The notes: a model not told the origin generated them from the letters alone. 64,000 nucleotides of DNA from Obrimoposthia wandeli (GCA_977020255.1 CDROCS010000242.1:558001-622000); one strand, 5' to 3'. Shown: positions 1 to 16,000, counted from the stretch's first letter. Translations and numbers: made by a program.

Positions 1-270
1 CATGTGGAGACCACACGAGGTGTGCAGTATATTCCAATTTTGGGAGCTTTAAAACGACTTATCGCACTCATGACTCCTCCACTGATAGATCTTGGAACAA
101 TTGTTAATTATAGCTCCAACGTAAACATGACCGGTGGTTAAACTGGAGATTGTGTGGACTGGAAGGATTTTGTTAATGACAACAATCTTCATGCCAATTT
201 TTGATATATCAGATCATCACTACATTCTACTGACATGGTCATGACGAATCCAGGTCTACCTCAAGGCTAA
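1..270 (-). mobile_element. Decayed LINE (L2/CR1/Jockey-type) RT C-terminal fragment
   Basis: The minus strand reads LPKLEY...VWSPH with a DLG-like motif upstream, broken by stops and frameshifts. Confidence 0.45.
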
Positions 271-950
271 GAAACGCATAGATGAAAGCTTCGACCAAAT
301 CAAATTGAACGTTACAATGACAATTCAGAATTTCAAGCAATTCATTGAAAAAGGTCTGACTTGAAACAGGTCAACTTATTTGCTCACATGTCTGTGAAAA
401 TTATCGCAAAGAGTACATGCACATGATTTACGATGACTTGAAAATTTTCTTGTAAATATTGAAAAATATTGAATTATTAATGTAATTGTGTAAACAATGC
501 AAGTGTTAACACTTAAACTTTGAAATATACAAAATTGAATAATAATTTAACATCTTTAAACTGTTCCTTGGAGAAAAACGCTTATTTTTGAGTCTTTGGA
601 TTTAATATTAATATTTTATAATAGTTTTCCATTATATAATTCACATATTAACACATAGTTTCCTTTTTTAATAATTAAGATTTCATAAAATTGATATATT
701 CATGATATGCACTTTTGTATATTTATACAAATTACATAAGCAATACTTATTTGCACCTTTTGTGATTGAATATAAAATAGGTTGACAAGAACTTCATTGC
801 ACAAAAGTTATAATAATCAATCTGAAACACTGACCAGATCACTAATGTCTATTCGCTATATTTGTGTAAGCAGTTCAAATCGGCTTGAAAGCTAGTAACT
901 GCAGTGTAGTCAAGCTTATCTTTGAAGTAACATTTGTCACTCATGCACAG

Positions 951-1055
951 GCGGTACTCGGATATCAAAGTCCAACTCCATCTACTCTCTGCTCACCGAC
1001 GACTTCGATTTGATTATCAATGAGACCTCCTATCCAGTTGCAAAGCCCATAACAG
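951..1055 (+). CDS. MCU: MCU exon (end of N-terminal domain), 105 bp, phase 1 to 1
   Basis: tcatgcacag|GC GGT ACT CGG ... ATA ACA G|gtttg. The peptide [29 protein letters not shown] resembles MCU GVRVAASTGIDLLLLDDFKLVINDLTYHV (recalled). Confidence 0.9.
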
Positions 1056-4000
1056 GTTTGTCAACCTTTCATGTATTCCGCCCTTGTCAGAAAACACAAA
1101 GCTCAATATTTCACTAGTTCTTTATTAATTAGTATAAAAATAAATACATTGTGTGGGAGTTGCTAATAAACCATATAGGGATATGAATAGTTTAAATCGA
1201 AGGAATATATGCCAATAGTGGTATCAAATTTAAATCGTATAGAGACTGGATTTTATTTTTTAGTTCAGAAAAAGTTTGATTTATTTTTTGCAAAATGTTT
1301 TAAAACACCTGGTCGTTAAATGAAAAGATAGCTTCTTATTTACTCAAAACCTTTTCAAGTCCCATCTATATATATATATTGTTTTTTATTTTAATTACTG
1401 TTTACATAACATTATCCATCTGCAATATTTAGGCACATAGCGTTACATAATCTTTGCGTGCTGTCGGTTTAAAACCATTGTATATTGTCTGCAAATGGAA
1501 AATAAATCAAAAGAACCCAAATTAGAGGTCACTATGAGACTGCTCTGTAATCAGAAATCAACCTGTTCCCTCAGCCATTATCTAGCTCAGTCAATACTCT
1601 CCTGAAGCACATTCCCTTTCGTCCATGTTCAATATATATATATATATTTATTTCTCTCATCTTTCACGCATCTCCACCCCCTCATTATCGAAAGTGAGAT
1701 GCAAATTCTTCCATCTTAACTCGATTTGCTAATATAATTAAATATTTGCCCTTAAATATAAATCAAATTTCAACTGCAAAAAACAGAGAATAAAAGGTTT
1801 CTGAAATCGATAAGATATTATTTTTCGTTTTTCTCCTCAAATATTGAATAACTTCAATGGGATATAATTTCAATGTCCTAGGTATTTTCTAGATGGATGA
1901 CTACTTGCAAGTTGATGTTGTATTGAGTTCTGTAATAAAAAGGAATATAATTTCGTGTAATCCCCACAATTTGAAAATTTGCAAAATTGTATTTTAATAA
2001 TATTGGTGCATTTTACTGGTCCGTCAGTTTGATTGGGATGTTATTGGAGGTTTTTTGTTAGTGCTGTGAAAGTGAATTACGTTCATTTTATTCCTGTTGA
2101 GGACTAAATCATCGCCAATTCAGAGAATTTTTAATTGAATGCGAAAGTGATTATGATGATCTTGTTTACTTTACTGGTGTGCGATGATTGGGCAAAGGAA
2201 AGATGCTGAAACGTTTTGACGATTTGAAAGTGGAGGTGAGAAATTCCATTATACAGGAGTGTAAACCTGTTGATGTCTTGGCTAATAATGATTTTATTGA
2301 TAGTATTGATAATATTGCTTTATTGGTCGACATTATGACACATTTAAACCAACTCTATGAACAGCTGTATAGAGAAATCAACTTTCTAATAAGGTGTTGG
2401 ACGATGTCATCGCTTTCAAAATGGAACTTCGTTTATTTCGCAAACAACTTTAAAATAAAAACTTATCTCACTTTTCGTGGCTTACAGAATGCAAGGATGT
2501 TCATACCGATATTCATGTTTTGGCTATTGATGAACTTCTTGAACAGTTTTATACACGATCTTGTGACTTTGGAAAACATTCTAACGACATTAGACTTTTA
2601 AGGGATCCCTTTTCTGTGATACTGATGATTTTTATTCAGATGTACAAATGGAAATAATTGAGATGCAATGTGACTGTAAATTAAGAAATACGTGTATGCT
2701 TTGTTTTACTGACATTCTCTCCTTTTATGAAAAATGGGCATCTAATTCAAAATATCTCAACATTGTTTCACATGCAAAAATAATGCCACATCTTTTTGAT
2801 AGAATTTATATATGCGAAACCCTTTTTTCCTAAATGGAATAAACCAAAAACAATAATTGCTCTGCTGTGACTGATGACAATTTAGAGACTGCACTTATAT
2901 TATCAACTACCAATATGCGTCTAAATTTACAAACTAAGTATTGAATAAGGAATGGCACACCAAAATACATTTATAATTTTTGTTTACTTTTTGTTGATTA
3001 AATGTTAAAGATGTGTATTTTTAGTTTGTTAAAACTCTTCTGACCCGTATAATTTTATAAAATTTAAAGGTGGTCTTTATTAAAAATGCTTTAAGACGAA
3101 TTCTGGGAATACGTAGTGAAAGAGAGAACAATCTATTCGTTCAAGCTCAAATTATGTTATGTTGATCTACAGTACAGTTAGCGCACACTCCCAGGGCAAC
3201 AACATAAACGTCTTAAGTCCGGTATGTGACAGACGGAACAGACAAACCACTTGTGATGCAACATGTAGAAGGATCTAACGATCTCATCGATGTCAACCAA
3301 GGAATCTTCCTGCTTCTACCTGCTGGAATGACTGAAGAGGAAATCGAGAAAGGGTTGTCTGTAGATACCGTTGTGGCTTTGGAATTGGAAGAATACAAAC
3401 TGGACAAGCTCATTAATGAATTTCTGAAGAAACCAAAATGGGTGAAGAAAGGGATTTAGAATATGATGACGAAGGTAACTGAGCCTCCAACTATAGCTGA
3501 AATATGACTTTTCCTCACTCGGGGAAAATTTTGAAAATCTTGAATTCCGCGACATGCAACTTTTTGACACTTTCAAGGAAAATATCAACGTCGACTTACG
3601 AAAGAAATTTTCACTGCTGCAAATTATTCTGATTTTTTTCATGTGATGATACTGTTATGAAGACTATTAATAAACAATGTCTTGGCTATTCGGTGACTTT
3701 CGTTCCGTTGGTTAATAAATCTAAATACACATTCTAATAATGGATTTGTAAAGTGTGATCCACTGTATTACCATAGCATGGCGAATTTTTATCATATACT
3801 AAATTTACTTCAGGGAATATGGCTCAAAACATTTTTTTAGATTATGGATTTTCACGAAATCCCTGATTACACACATTCTTTTCAACATTTACCGGTTTTA
3901 AATTTCTACTAAATCCGTGATTTTCAGTTGGAGAGATTATTTTATGAGCTGCACCGGATAAATAGAGAATCCATAGTAATGCTATTGCAAATCTAGTCCT

Positions 4001-7000
4001 CCAAACTCGACTATTTCATCTCAACCGGAAAATTCTGTGTGTAAATTTCCTTCGAAACGAGTGGTAGTTCTGATTGATTAGCATCAGAAAAAGTTAGCTT
4101 TCAATTTGACGATTCCATTGGTTTTTGACAGAAGTTTTCTCCATTACTAAGAGGAATATTGATCCGTTTATGTCCAACTTTTAATGCAATGAAACTTGTC
4201 TATGGTCTACTTTTTAAAATTAACAAAAATGTACAGCCACTTCCCAACTTTATATTGGAGTTTCACTTAATTAGTATTACTTAGTTTTTATGCAATTTTA
4301 GGGAGATTTTAGTTAGTTTTTAGATATTCTTGTCTTAATATTGATCTGTTTTTTGCATTATAATTAAAAGAAAAAACTTTAAAACTACTTTCCCGTGCCT
4401 TTCACGTTGTGGGTTTCAATTTGAGGTTCTTTTTGAATGGAGTCATCTTATGCTGACACACCTCTTAATGACGTGGGTTGCTCGGACAGGCATTTTTATC
4501 TTTTCAGTCGTTTGAGCTGGTGTATCATTTTAAATAATGTATTTCCAACTTTGTAATGTTTGTAGTTTATTACTAGGGAGGTTGGAGAAAGAGATTTGAA
4601 GTTGTTATTTTTCTAATTTTCGTCACACCGAACTTTTATGTTGTAACTGATAGTACGACTTGACAAAGAAAACTCGATGGTTCACAGGATATTGATTCGT
4701 TTTCAAAAATGGCGGTCAAAATCAAAATATACAATATTGTTTAAGTAAACTAATGAAAAATGTATTTACCGAAAAGGATACGAGGGTTTAGAAGCATATA
4801 GTTCATTTTGGGACATTGTATGGAAATTGTAATGCAAAATACGGACCATCTGATGATATACAGAAATGGAATTATGTTATTAAGGTGACACAGGTATTTT
4901 AAGTGCAGCGATTTGCTAGTGGTTTTCTCACGTCATGGCAAAGATTTGACTCGTCTCACATCTAATTTCTAACCATGCAATACTTCGTAATTTTGTTTCT
5001 GATAGCTTATAAAATAATCAAAACATTGACAATAACAAGATAGTCGGGTGCTTAGACTTTGAACAAAACATTCTAGTGATTGTACCAGCACTTTAATTAG
5101 ACTACTCATAAATCTAAAAAATATAAAATGCCTTACTAAAATAATAATATCCGGATTTCGGAAATATCCAAATAAAAGAGATTCCATAATTTCCTTTCCA
5201 GCAATTGAATACATTTGATGGTTTTCTGTTGGATTTAACAGTACTCAAAAAGAGGAAGTGTTTGTCATTAAATCTTATTTTAATATAAACTACTGCAACG
5301 TACCTGTGACAGGCAGCAGCAAAAAATACGGGTTTTAGCCCCCTTTCATTGACATTTTTCTTCCATTAAGTATTTAAATTTTATTATTAAAAAACAATGA
5401 ATTAAAAATGCTGTAAATTCCCAATATAAAAGATTGTTTGATGCGTTTAGCAAGAAGAGGAAAAAATGAATTTGTTGTCAAAATTAAAACTATATATTTT
5501 TGTTATTGTTTCTAATTATTTTTGAATTTCATTGTTTATTTTTTTAGAATTAAAAGTTAACGTTGTTCAGTTCTTTATGAATCACATTGCATTTTAATGT
5601 TTTAAGTCAATATTTATTTAAAAACCACATATTTAAATTTCTGTATAATGGCATTAGAGGATCCGTTTTGCAGTATAATTTCTGGGAATAAATTCATATT
5701 TCTATTTCCCCACAAACTGACTACAAGACTTGGTTTCTCACAAAAACTGACAACCTTTTTACACAGAACAAACTTCACTTCAAACTTGTGCTGAATCACA
5801 AAATGTCTGTCTGTATAAACGATATGCTCTGTAAAGTGTAACGACATCACAAAACGGGCCTTAATTGGCAAAAATTCAAATCAAATTTGAATTTTACTAA
5901 TTGCTGATTAAACAAACTGCTTAATAGGTAATTAATTATCAACATACCCACTCCATGATCGAACCCTATCATCAAACAAACAATTATGGATTTACAAAAA
6001 CAAATTCCCACAACATCAACATACCCAAAAAAAAATGCCCCAAAACCAAATCTCCATTTTACTTTGCTTCTGATTTCCTCAAACTACCTACTTAAATTCT
6101 ACATACTACCTTAATCCGCAGTTATCAAACTTAACTTACGAATTGCCCTAACTATCTCTTTACCATGACTTTTTATTCTTGCAACCCTAAACCTACCATC
6201 ACTACCTGGTATTAATTCGATTACCCTTCCTAACGGCGAAGTTCCTCTTTCTTTTTACTTGTTTAAAATTAAAACAACATTTATTTTAGAGGTATCACAC
6301 CATTGAGAAACTACTTATTTCATCCATCGATTCCATAAATGTTGGTTAAGCTCTTGAATTAACCTCCAACGACACCTGACTCCTCTTTTGCTTTTAAATA
6401 AGCTTTTTTGGGAAATCTTCACCTATAAACAAATGGTTTAGAGTTAACGCCTCAGGATGACCTTCATTTGTTCCTTTATAACTAATTGGTCTTGAATTAA
6501 CCATCTGTTCTACTTTTATCAAAACTGTGATAATTCTTCATCGGTCATCTCGGCATTGTTCAAGATCTTAAACATGGCTCGCTCCACTGACTTTACCATA
6601 ACTCCCAAAATGTGGCGCTCTAGGTCAATTAAATATCCATCTAATCCTGTTGACTGACATTTCCTTTTGCATCTTGAGTTCATCGACCTATACCTCTTCT
6701 AAATCATTCACCACTCCCACAAAATTCTTCCCATTATCTGATATAAATGTATCTAGTTGACCAATTCCACATATCAATCGTTTCAAAGCCTTTTTCAAAT
6801 GCGTCAGTGTCCGGGCCGTAGCTCAGTTTCAAACGAACGGCTCTCGTTTGTAAACAAGTAAATAAACAAACATATCACGTTTTCTCTTTTTACCTCGCTT
6901 GGTCAAATTGGTCCAATAAAATCTACCCCAACTCTCGCAAAAGCTCTTAGGGGTTCTTCGAAGCGAAAACTGGGTAATATTGCATTATTTGAGATATGGG

Positions 7001-10000
7001 ATTTGCTTTAAATTTGATACAGGACATGCTTTGCTTTTCTACTTTTCTGATCAGTGATCTCACTTTATATCATAAACTGGCGTTGTGTAATATTTAATAG
7101 ATCTTGAACAACTGCATAATATTTTTGTTTCTCATGTTCCTCCTTGATTAATATCCAAGTTATCCAACCTGTTCCTGACAAAATTATGGGATATCGCGAA
7201 TCAAAGTCTTAAAATCTGTGCGTGAACTAGTCTGGAATTGGATCACATAAGTTACGAATATATCAATATATATATCAACCTTTCGCTGTTATTAATCTAT
7301 ATGAACTTAATGCTTTATCTTTTATCTTAGTCTGTATACTCTTTCTATTAAGTAAGGCAAACAAGGTATATAAGAGGACACTTTTATTAATAACAGCCTT
7401 GATCGCAATTATCTTAAAACTACTATCTAGCTAAATTCTCAAAATCTCAATTAAAGGGACTTGCATAAGTATACGAATGCTTTCTATTACAAATTCGCTT
7501 TTCTTCCTCTTTATCAATATACTAACAATGTTATATAATTCTAAAACCCTTAATTCACATTCCAGCTGCATAGCCTTAATATTTACTACTCACCATCCCC
7601 ACACTGAGACATTGACAGTACCTCCTGTATTTTTAATATATATCTCATACTTTAAAAAAACTCTTCGCTGCCAACGGTTGGCTTTAGTTGAGGCATCCTA
7701 ACCTCTACAACTTCAACTACTACTATGTATCTAAGAAAAGCCTTAAAGTCCCTGTCATACATAAACTTCATGCATTTGCCATCAATATTTACACCAAAAA
7801 CTCCTTCATATTCCACACCATAAGATCATCACCCAAACAAGCATTCTTAGCCAAGGAACCTACTAATGGAGCTACACTCTTGCGAGCCTGGGATTGAATC
7901 ACATGTTCGTCTTGCTACATTCATCCCCAGTCTGTTTAAGTCAACTACATCAGCAGTTTCCTTTGCTGCCAGAGAGACCACAAGATCAGAATTATTAACT
8001 GTTTTTCCAAGTTCATGACTAAAAGCTGAAAGGTAGCCCATTTGATTACCAAGGGGTTGAGAACGCACGACAGGATCCCACTATCGAGATACCATGAACT
8101 GGGAAAAACTGTTAACAACTCTGATCTGGTGGTCTCTCTGTCGGCGAAGGAAACTGCTGGTGCAGCTGAAACCCATTCTTCTCCTCATGGTCCGTTTATA
8201 GTGGCCCCTAGTCACTTCGTACGCATTCACTTCATATATCATCGCCGAACGAGCTTCAGTACTAAATTTCATATTGTGTGGTATAACCACGCTTCTGTTA
8301 TTATCTGTTGGACATAAATTCAGATTTGTATTTTTCCTAAAACTGCCTACAACTTGGATTTTCAGAAAATTGATTTCAAAACTTGGTTTCTCACTAAAAC
8401 TGACAATATTCTTAAAAAAGAACTTCACTTCAAACTTGTGCTGAAACACCAAATGCGTGGCTATTATATACAAACAAAGTGCAACGACATCACAAAACGG
8501 GCCGTATTTGAGTGGTTTATAAATAAATATGGACTTAAAACATTAAAACGCAGTGTGATTCATAAAGAACTGAGCAACGGCGCTGATACGTTGCAGTAGT
8601 TTATTTTAAATTAAGATTCAATGACAAACACTTTCTCTTTTTGAGCTTTAACAGGCCAACGGAAAACCATCAAATATATGCAATTGCTGGAAAGAAAATG
8701 ACCTGCATTACCCATCATTACTCATTATCAAACACTTAGCATAAGTTTCATAGGAAATAAAATATGATTATCATTATCTTTCATGTGTGTATTGATAAAA
8801 TCGTTGGGAAAAATCATAAATCTCTAAAGCAGTATGCTACTGTAGCTAAATTTATTGGCGTTTCTAGGCAACTTATGCATTTGGATTTGCTCGATCGCAT
8901 ATGCAAATTATCAGCTTTTTTGATAAATGTCTGCTAAACTTTATAAATTCATGCAACAAATCGTTATTTTATTATGAAATAGAAGAAGAAATTACGTTAA
9001 GGCTGCTTTTTTTGATAAATGATTTACAGAAAAACTACCGAAACTGAAAATATTTCCCGACTGCTAGTGAATAATTTATCGAGTTAAAAAATAGGTACTC
9101 AGTATAATTAATTGTCCCCACTTGAATGTGCCCACCTCCATACGGTGACTGGCGTTAGTTGGTTTCCGGGGATATGGATCGTCGGGGGATGTAGTTATAA
9201 GTGAGTCAATGTTTTGCGTTTCATTTACATGGATACTTTCTTGAGTTACTTGCAATACTTCATTTATTTGTAGATATTGGAATGAAAAAAGTTAATGAAT
9301 ATGAAACTGACATTTTAACAATAATAAATAAAAAGTGCATTATATTTTTATGAGGTAGATATTATCCTTTGTAATAGGTTTTAAATAGTAATTTCTTCAG
9401 CTGCTTCTTGAATTTTTCAACATTGTTACAGTTCCTCTACACATAGATAAATTGTTTTAGAAATTCGGAGTATTGAAATATCCGCACGAAATTTATTTAA
9501 TTAGATAGATAAATCTGTATTTTAAGCTTATAAACCTAACAACTACACACAACTGTTACTCGAACACGTCATCTTCACATTATAATTATCAAATTATTAA
9601 TTATAAAAATAATAATTTTAATAAAATTTATTTTGTTTTTCGATTTTTATGTAAATTTAACAAATTTATGCTGATTAGAATATGAAAGATTTCTTCAGGC
9701 TCTTTTGGCGTAAATTCTTTGGTTTTAGCTTCAATTACATCTTTGTAGTCGACATCCTGAGTATCGAACAACAGTTTTTATTAAGTTCGTTACCATGAGA
9801 CTTGAACACCTGCATTGTCTATTTTTGTTAATCCAAAGTATAGTCTATGCTCAGTAATTTCTTCTATTGTACTTTTCACTTAAGCTTCAAATCCGGTGAT
9901 ATTTCTATTTGTGCAATGATAAATAATCTTCTTCTATACATCTCTCATGCTGCTTGTTGTAACTTCATTCCAAGGTTCATTGATGTTTTTTACTCAGTTA

Positions 10001-13000
10001 TTTTGCTACAGTTCGTCTAATAGTCTGTTTTATTCATTGATTTTTCTCCAAATGTTTTATCAATGGCTTGTTTGTGGGTATTATATAATGTGAAAACCAC
10101 TCCCTGATCCATAGGTTTATTAGTATTAACTTAGAAGATAAACTTAAGCCTAGGTTATAAAAAATGATGTTGACAGAAATCCAAGGAAAAGTGTTAGAAG
10201 ATTATCTGATGAATTAGCAATTCCAAGTACAAGTTTCCTTCGTGCTTTGAATTCACTTGGTAAGTCATCGAAATGTTTTACAAAATATCGTTTCAATTAT
10301 CCGAAATTCAACGTCTTGAAACATACAACAACAAAAACTGTTCGATTATCCAAACGATAATAGGATTTTCGAGAAGTTGTGACTTCAGCTATAAAATAGA
10401 TTTATTTTTCTAATCCTTGTTCAAGAAGACACTGTTTAAGTGCTAGAGAAAATGAAATTATCACGGTAAAGAAGGGTAATTTCTTAACGAAAGTTATGAT
10501 TTGTATGTTGTTGAATTGTAAGGACCTGATATTTGGACTTGATTCAAAGTGGGTCTCATGTTGACTCCACCCTTTACAGTGTTCCATTGAAACAATTAGA
10601 ACGTGTATCGAAACATTGTTACCCAGCACTTTAGTCTATCAAAACAATGTATAACTCCAGCATGATCATGGAAAAGTCCATATTTTCACACAAACCGTCA
10701 AACATGTGGATGGATTCGATGTAATTCCTCGTCCAGCGTATAGCTCCGATCTGGTGCTATCTGATTTCTGTCTTTTTAGTTCAATTGCATCACTCTTCGC
10801 TGGTAGAACGTTCAAAGTCGATAAAGATGCGTTGGTGGCATGTTGAGAGTATATTGTCTCCAAACCCTCCGAATGGTATCGTAAAGGTATAAGTTTGCTT
10901 GCAAAACATTGATCTCGATGTATAGAAGCAGAGGATTTTTATATTTCTAATTAAATCTTTTAAATTTCTTTGGTTTTCCAAAATAGTGCAAAATAGGGAT
11001 TTCTTATGGAACACTCTATTACATGGTCTCTACTTATTGTTGCTTTCTTTTAACCAATAACAGTATTTCTTTAAACCCTTCCACTTGTAGCTGCATTATT
11101 TATCTTGAAGATCTTTGTTTACATGGGATTCATATACATTTTTAAAATAAAGATTTAAAACAGTAAACTGCAATAAATCGAATAATTTTTTTTATTTTGT
11201 TAAAATTAATGAATTATGAAATTTTACTTCTTTTTGTAAAAATGAATTACGTAGTATTTTAAAGGCTTGATTATGACTTCAATTTGTTTGAAAACCGAAA
11301 ATACTGGTATTCCCAGTTTCGATATGCTTAGCAGGTTTGATAGTTTGGTAGCATTTGAATTGATTTCGATGTATGTGAATAGAACTCCATCAGGAACCTT
11401 TGATATACAGCTAAAATAGTCCTTGGGACGCTGATATAGTAATACATATGCCCAAGTAACAATGTATAATTTACTTATGGTAAATGTATGTCATAATTAT
11501 ACTTTATAGATGAAAATAATATAGCAGCTTCTTGATATATTAAATAAATCATTTTTGTAAAATTCTCAACGTCGTCTAAATTTTCTTTTTGATCTACAAC
11601 AGTCGAAAAATGGGGCTGAAATTTTAACAGTAGATACAAACCCTTCTTGATGAGTGGAAAAACTTTTCAAAGTTTATTGCAGGTGTGGATAAATTTTTGT
11701 AAACGGCAGTTATTTGTCCCGATTTGATCGGCCACACAACTTCTGATCTTCCATGCATATGGCACTTGTTATCCTAATGTATGAAAACTACTTCAGGTTC
11801 TGTGTATGTTACTAATCAGTAGTACAGAGACAGAGAAATCGTTTACTTGCATACGAGGTATCCACAACTGGCCTCTGAATGCAATGTCAACAGAACGATT
11901 GGGTGACTTAACACTAATTGCCATGCACGGAAATAGGATCCGACTCTCAAATACGGGCATATGCAAGAAACTTACGGATCTATATCATTGTCGAATGATG
12001 GCACTATAGTTAGATGGGAATTTATTGGAAGAAACTACAAAGCCAATACATCCATCTCCTAGAGCTACTATTTGACGTACTACTTTATCATTTATTGGCA
12101 CCGTGGTTAATCTGCGAAATTAAGCTGATGTTTGATATTATCGATGAGAAGGGGATTTCAATTTTCTTTCTTATTTTCCTCAATTTTGTCCAAGTTCAAA
12201 TATGGGAATGAAAACACCAAGAGAAAATTATCGTCCTTCTAGTGGGATTTTAGCGTTTGGCAATTTCGGTTTTCTTGTAGCATTGCTATTTAATTGGGTT
12301 TTCTCTTTGATTCATATCTCGCACGCATACACACGCACAAGCAGGTTTATTTTCTAAAATATCCCAATCCTATTAATGGAAATTGTCAAATAGTGGCATG
12401 TCTATTATTTAATTAGTTACACTATTGCATTCCCGACAAAATAATCAGTTAACAACCAGAATTATGGCTTGCTTGAAAAAAATGACTTAGAAAAGAATTT
12501 ATTTAAAACTTTATAAATAAAAAAATTGCAAAATTGAAAATTACAGAATCTTATAATATTGACATTTAAAAAATAAACTTTATAAGAGCTTTTTAGAGAA
12601 AGTTTAATTTTCAAAATATTTTATTTTGCTTTAAAGTAAATTGAATTACCCAAAAATGTATCAGAACGAATAAATACTTCATGGGATTTCTAATTGTTAT
12701 ATTAATTTGATTTCTAAAAATATATTAGTACTGGTTATTGATAGAAAAATCTAAATTTACTCTTTTGTCTGTAATGGGTAAAATAATCTGGTATCTGGAT
12801 CAAGCGACATATGCATCATGTTCTGATAAATGTAGTTTTTACAAACTTATATAATTGATGTTTGTGTATTCCTTTCACAATGTTGTCATCATGTTCCCAT
12901 TCATCTTCGGGTTTTTTCCTCTTCAAAATTATCATCATAAAAAATATCCAATCTAAAAGTATTGGTAGGAACAGGAAATTTGTCATCTGTTTCATACGGT

Positions 13001-16000
13001 TTTGGTCTGATTGTCGACATACTCAATATTCTTAGCTGTTTTCGTGTAATTTTCAATCTTTGTCAAACAGAAATAACAGTCTGTAGGATGGTATTTCTGC
13101 TTTTTCTAGGCCATAGAAGTACAAAACGACAATTTTAACAAATTAGAACGAAAATTAATTTTCATCTTTCTCCATAATTTTGACAGTGGAAAATAACGAG
13201 TACAATTTTGTTTGTCTATTGACACTTTATCCACATATTACAATATATTTTCAAAAAAAAATACGCTCATGCAGTGTTATTAAAATTTCATTGTAAAATT
13301 TATGAAAGTACTATTAGTGGAAAATATTTGTCAATGAGAATAATAAATCCTCAGATAAATTGAGTTTCTATGACAAATCTACAATTACGTTTGCAGTTTC
13401 AAATCGATATTTCAGCATTGTAAGCATCAATATTTGTAGCTCAGGCATTTATTAAAGAGACTCAGTTGTAGGCTTAGTTGTGTATTCTGCTCTGTAAGTT
13501 GTGCATGGTGACATTTCAAGGTCAGACCAGTTTTCGAAGTGAGAGGTTTGCACCGAGTAGGTCATTTTTCTCACGTCCATCACCAATCAGTAGCCAACTC
13601 ACATGGTACTGCTTGTCTCTCGCTAGTGTATTCACTTTTAATTGAAGTTGATTTATTCATTATTCTAAAGTCGTATACTGAACATCTTTTATCATTATTT
13701 TATTGTTCTAACTGAATATCAACAGAATATTTAATATTTAATATATTTTTATATTTGCAGTTGAAAAATAAATTTCCTGTCACATAAATTGTATAAAAAT
13801 AATTTGATCTACTAAATACAACACTGACTGATTTTTGATTTAAAATTTTTATTTGTATTTGAATGCTCTCGTTTTCAATAAATTGTGTATTTATATAATC
13901 ATTTTAAGGATTATAAAAATATAATCCTAATAAATCAAAACATCGTGAGATTTTAATCAAATAATTATTGATAAAAAATATATTCATAATACTAATATCG
14001 CTTTTGTCATGTAAGCTACATTCTGATAAATTCTGATAAATATATAACTTGAGCACAAAGACCCACCAGGGTACTCTCTGCTCTTCTGTCCAAGTTCTGG
14101 GAACAACACTGTATAGTACTTTTACTAGATGATATATTTGCTCTTTGGGTGATATTAATTACTTTTTTTATTAAAATTAGATATTAAGAAAGTATGACAA
14201 TTAATTAGATAATAAATTTACTGAATATTAAACATATATTTAAATTTGACTAAAGAACTATGTCTTATCAAATCTAGACGAAATGTAATACACTAAAACA
14301 ATCTACTCTTCACCAAGATGGGACTCATCAAATTATAAGTAAAATGATTTTTCAAGAAGACATAGTTGAATAGTCGCGTTATGAGTAGTCATTTTGACTT
14401 GTCGTGGCCACCTCGTTACCCGGATCTCAACCCAATGGACTTTTTCTTTTGGATTACTTGATCACTTTGATAAATAAAAAAGGTACTTGTTTTATTGAGT
14501 ATTAAATTTAAGGGGTGTGATTGGTCATTTCTTAACTATGTATTCATTAGCATTGTCACATTGCAACTGTAAATCCATGACAAATAAGCTAAATGGGGAC
14601 AACTATGTAGAGTAACTGTACACCTATGTTAAATACAATAGTTAGTTGTTTCAGCTGTGTATTGCCTGACTAGTGCTCACGGCTTTCCTCCCGAACAATG
14701 TGTGTACATATTGTGTCAACAAAGCCTTTTTCCACTGTGAGTAAACATACCTCTATGTGAATGTTGCTAATTACTGTCGATTCGTGATGCTATTCTATCT
14801 ACACTTTGGCAGTGATTCAGTAATACTGTAGAATGGCTTCTAGGACATCGCAACATTTTAAATTGAGTTAACTCGCCCTTACCTTAGTATCTCTTAAAAC
14901 TGACAATAATTATCATCAACAAGGTACGTATTCGAACTTTAACGTTCTGATTTCGATTTTAAAATGGTGATAACATAAGAAAATGTTGAGACAAAATATA
15001 TCCTAAAAGAAGTCCAGTTATTGTCAAAATTGTTATTACTCACTGAGATATTAGCTCAAGATTACATTTTCAAAATTCACTCTTCAATATGGCATCTAAA
15101 CATTTGCTTGACTCTAAATAATTCTTAACAAAACTGCAATATTAGTATTTCAACTACGAAAAGGAGATAGTATACTATTCAGTAAGCCAATATACATAAA
15201 AGATATGATAATATTTAAAATCCAAAAAAATCATATTCAGAAATGATATGTCGCAAAAGCTCATTTAAAAATAATAAAACCGAATTTTGAATATTTTTGT
15301 CTAAAATTTTATGATAATACATCATGTATCCAGATTTAACGAAATAAATACTCATTTTTAAGAAATACTGCAAAGAGTTCCTGAACCATATAATAAAAAT
15401 TGAAGGAGTTCATGTGTGAAAGTTTGATGTACATTTGAGTAATGTACCTTAGATTCTGGCGCTTTATAAGTATATATAATCTTATAATTTATAATGTCAG
15501 TCACTTATTCCAAAGCTCTGTGATTCGATGTCAGCACTTGAACATCTTGCCTAATATAAGGCCATGTTTAAATTTTAATTTAATATGATCTCGAAATTAA
15601 TTTTATCCATTGCTCACTTAAGGATAATCAAGAGAGTTTTTAGTAATTAAATATATGCATACTCATATAGCCAGGACATTTCCATGCTGCTGGAATCTAT
15701 CGTATAGAACCGCTTCAGTAACACCAGAATGCAGAACGCCCAACGGAAAGAGTGGCACAAGTCACGAAATTCATCAATTCTTATTTATCACAACATAAAT
15801 CAATGTATACCCACGTATACCTAAACAACACGATATATGGCAATTATATAGCCAAACACCCAAATATCAAGCACTTCAAAGTGCACACAGTACTCATCTA
15901 GCCTCTAATTGAACCTGTTGAATGGCCAACTACGTGATTGAGCAATTTTTATGAATCACGTAATGAAATGTACTTCAAGTACATTTCGTTAATTAGATAA

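Noticed and set aside
3226-4250. 77-aa plus-strand ORF and a possible decayed tyrosine recombinase on the minus strand (LYLSGA, KIRHA)
   Set aside because: Motif matches are short, in different frames and interrupted by stops; cannot be supported without an HMM search
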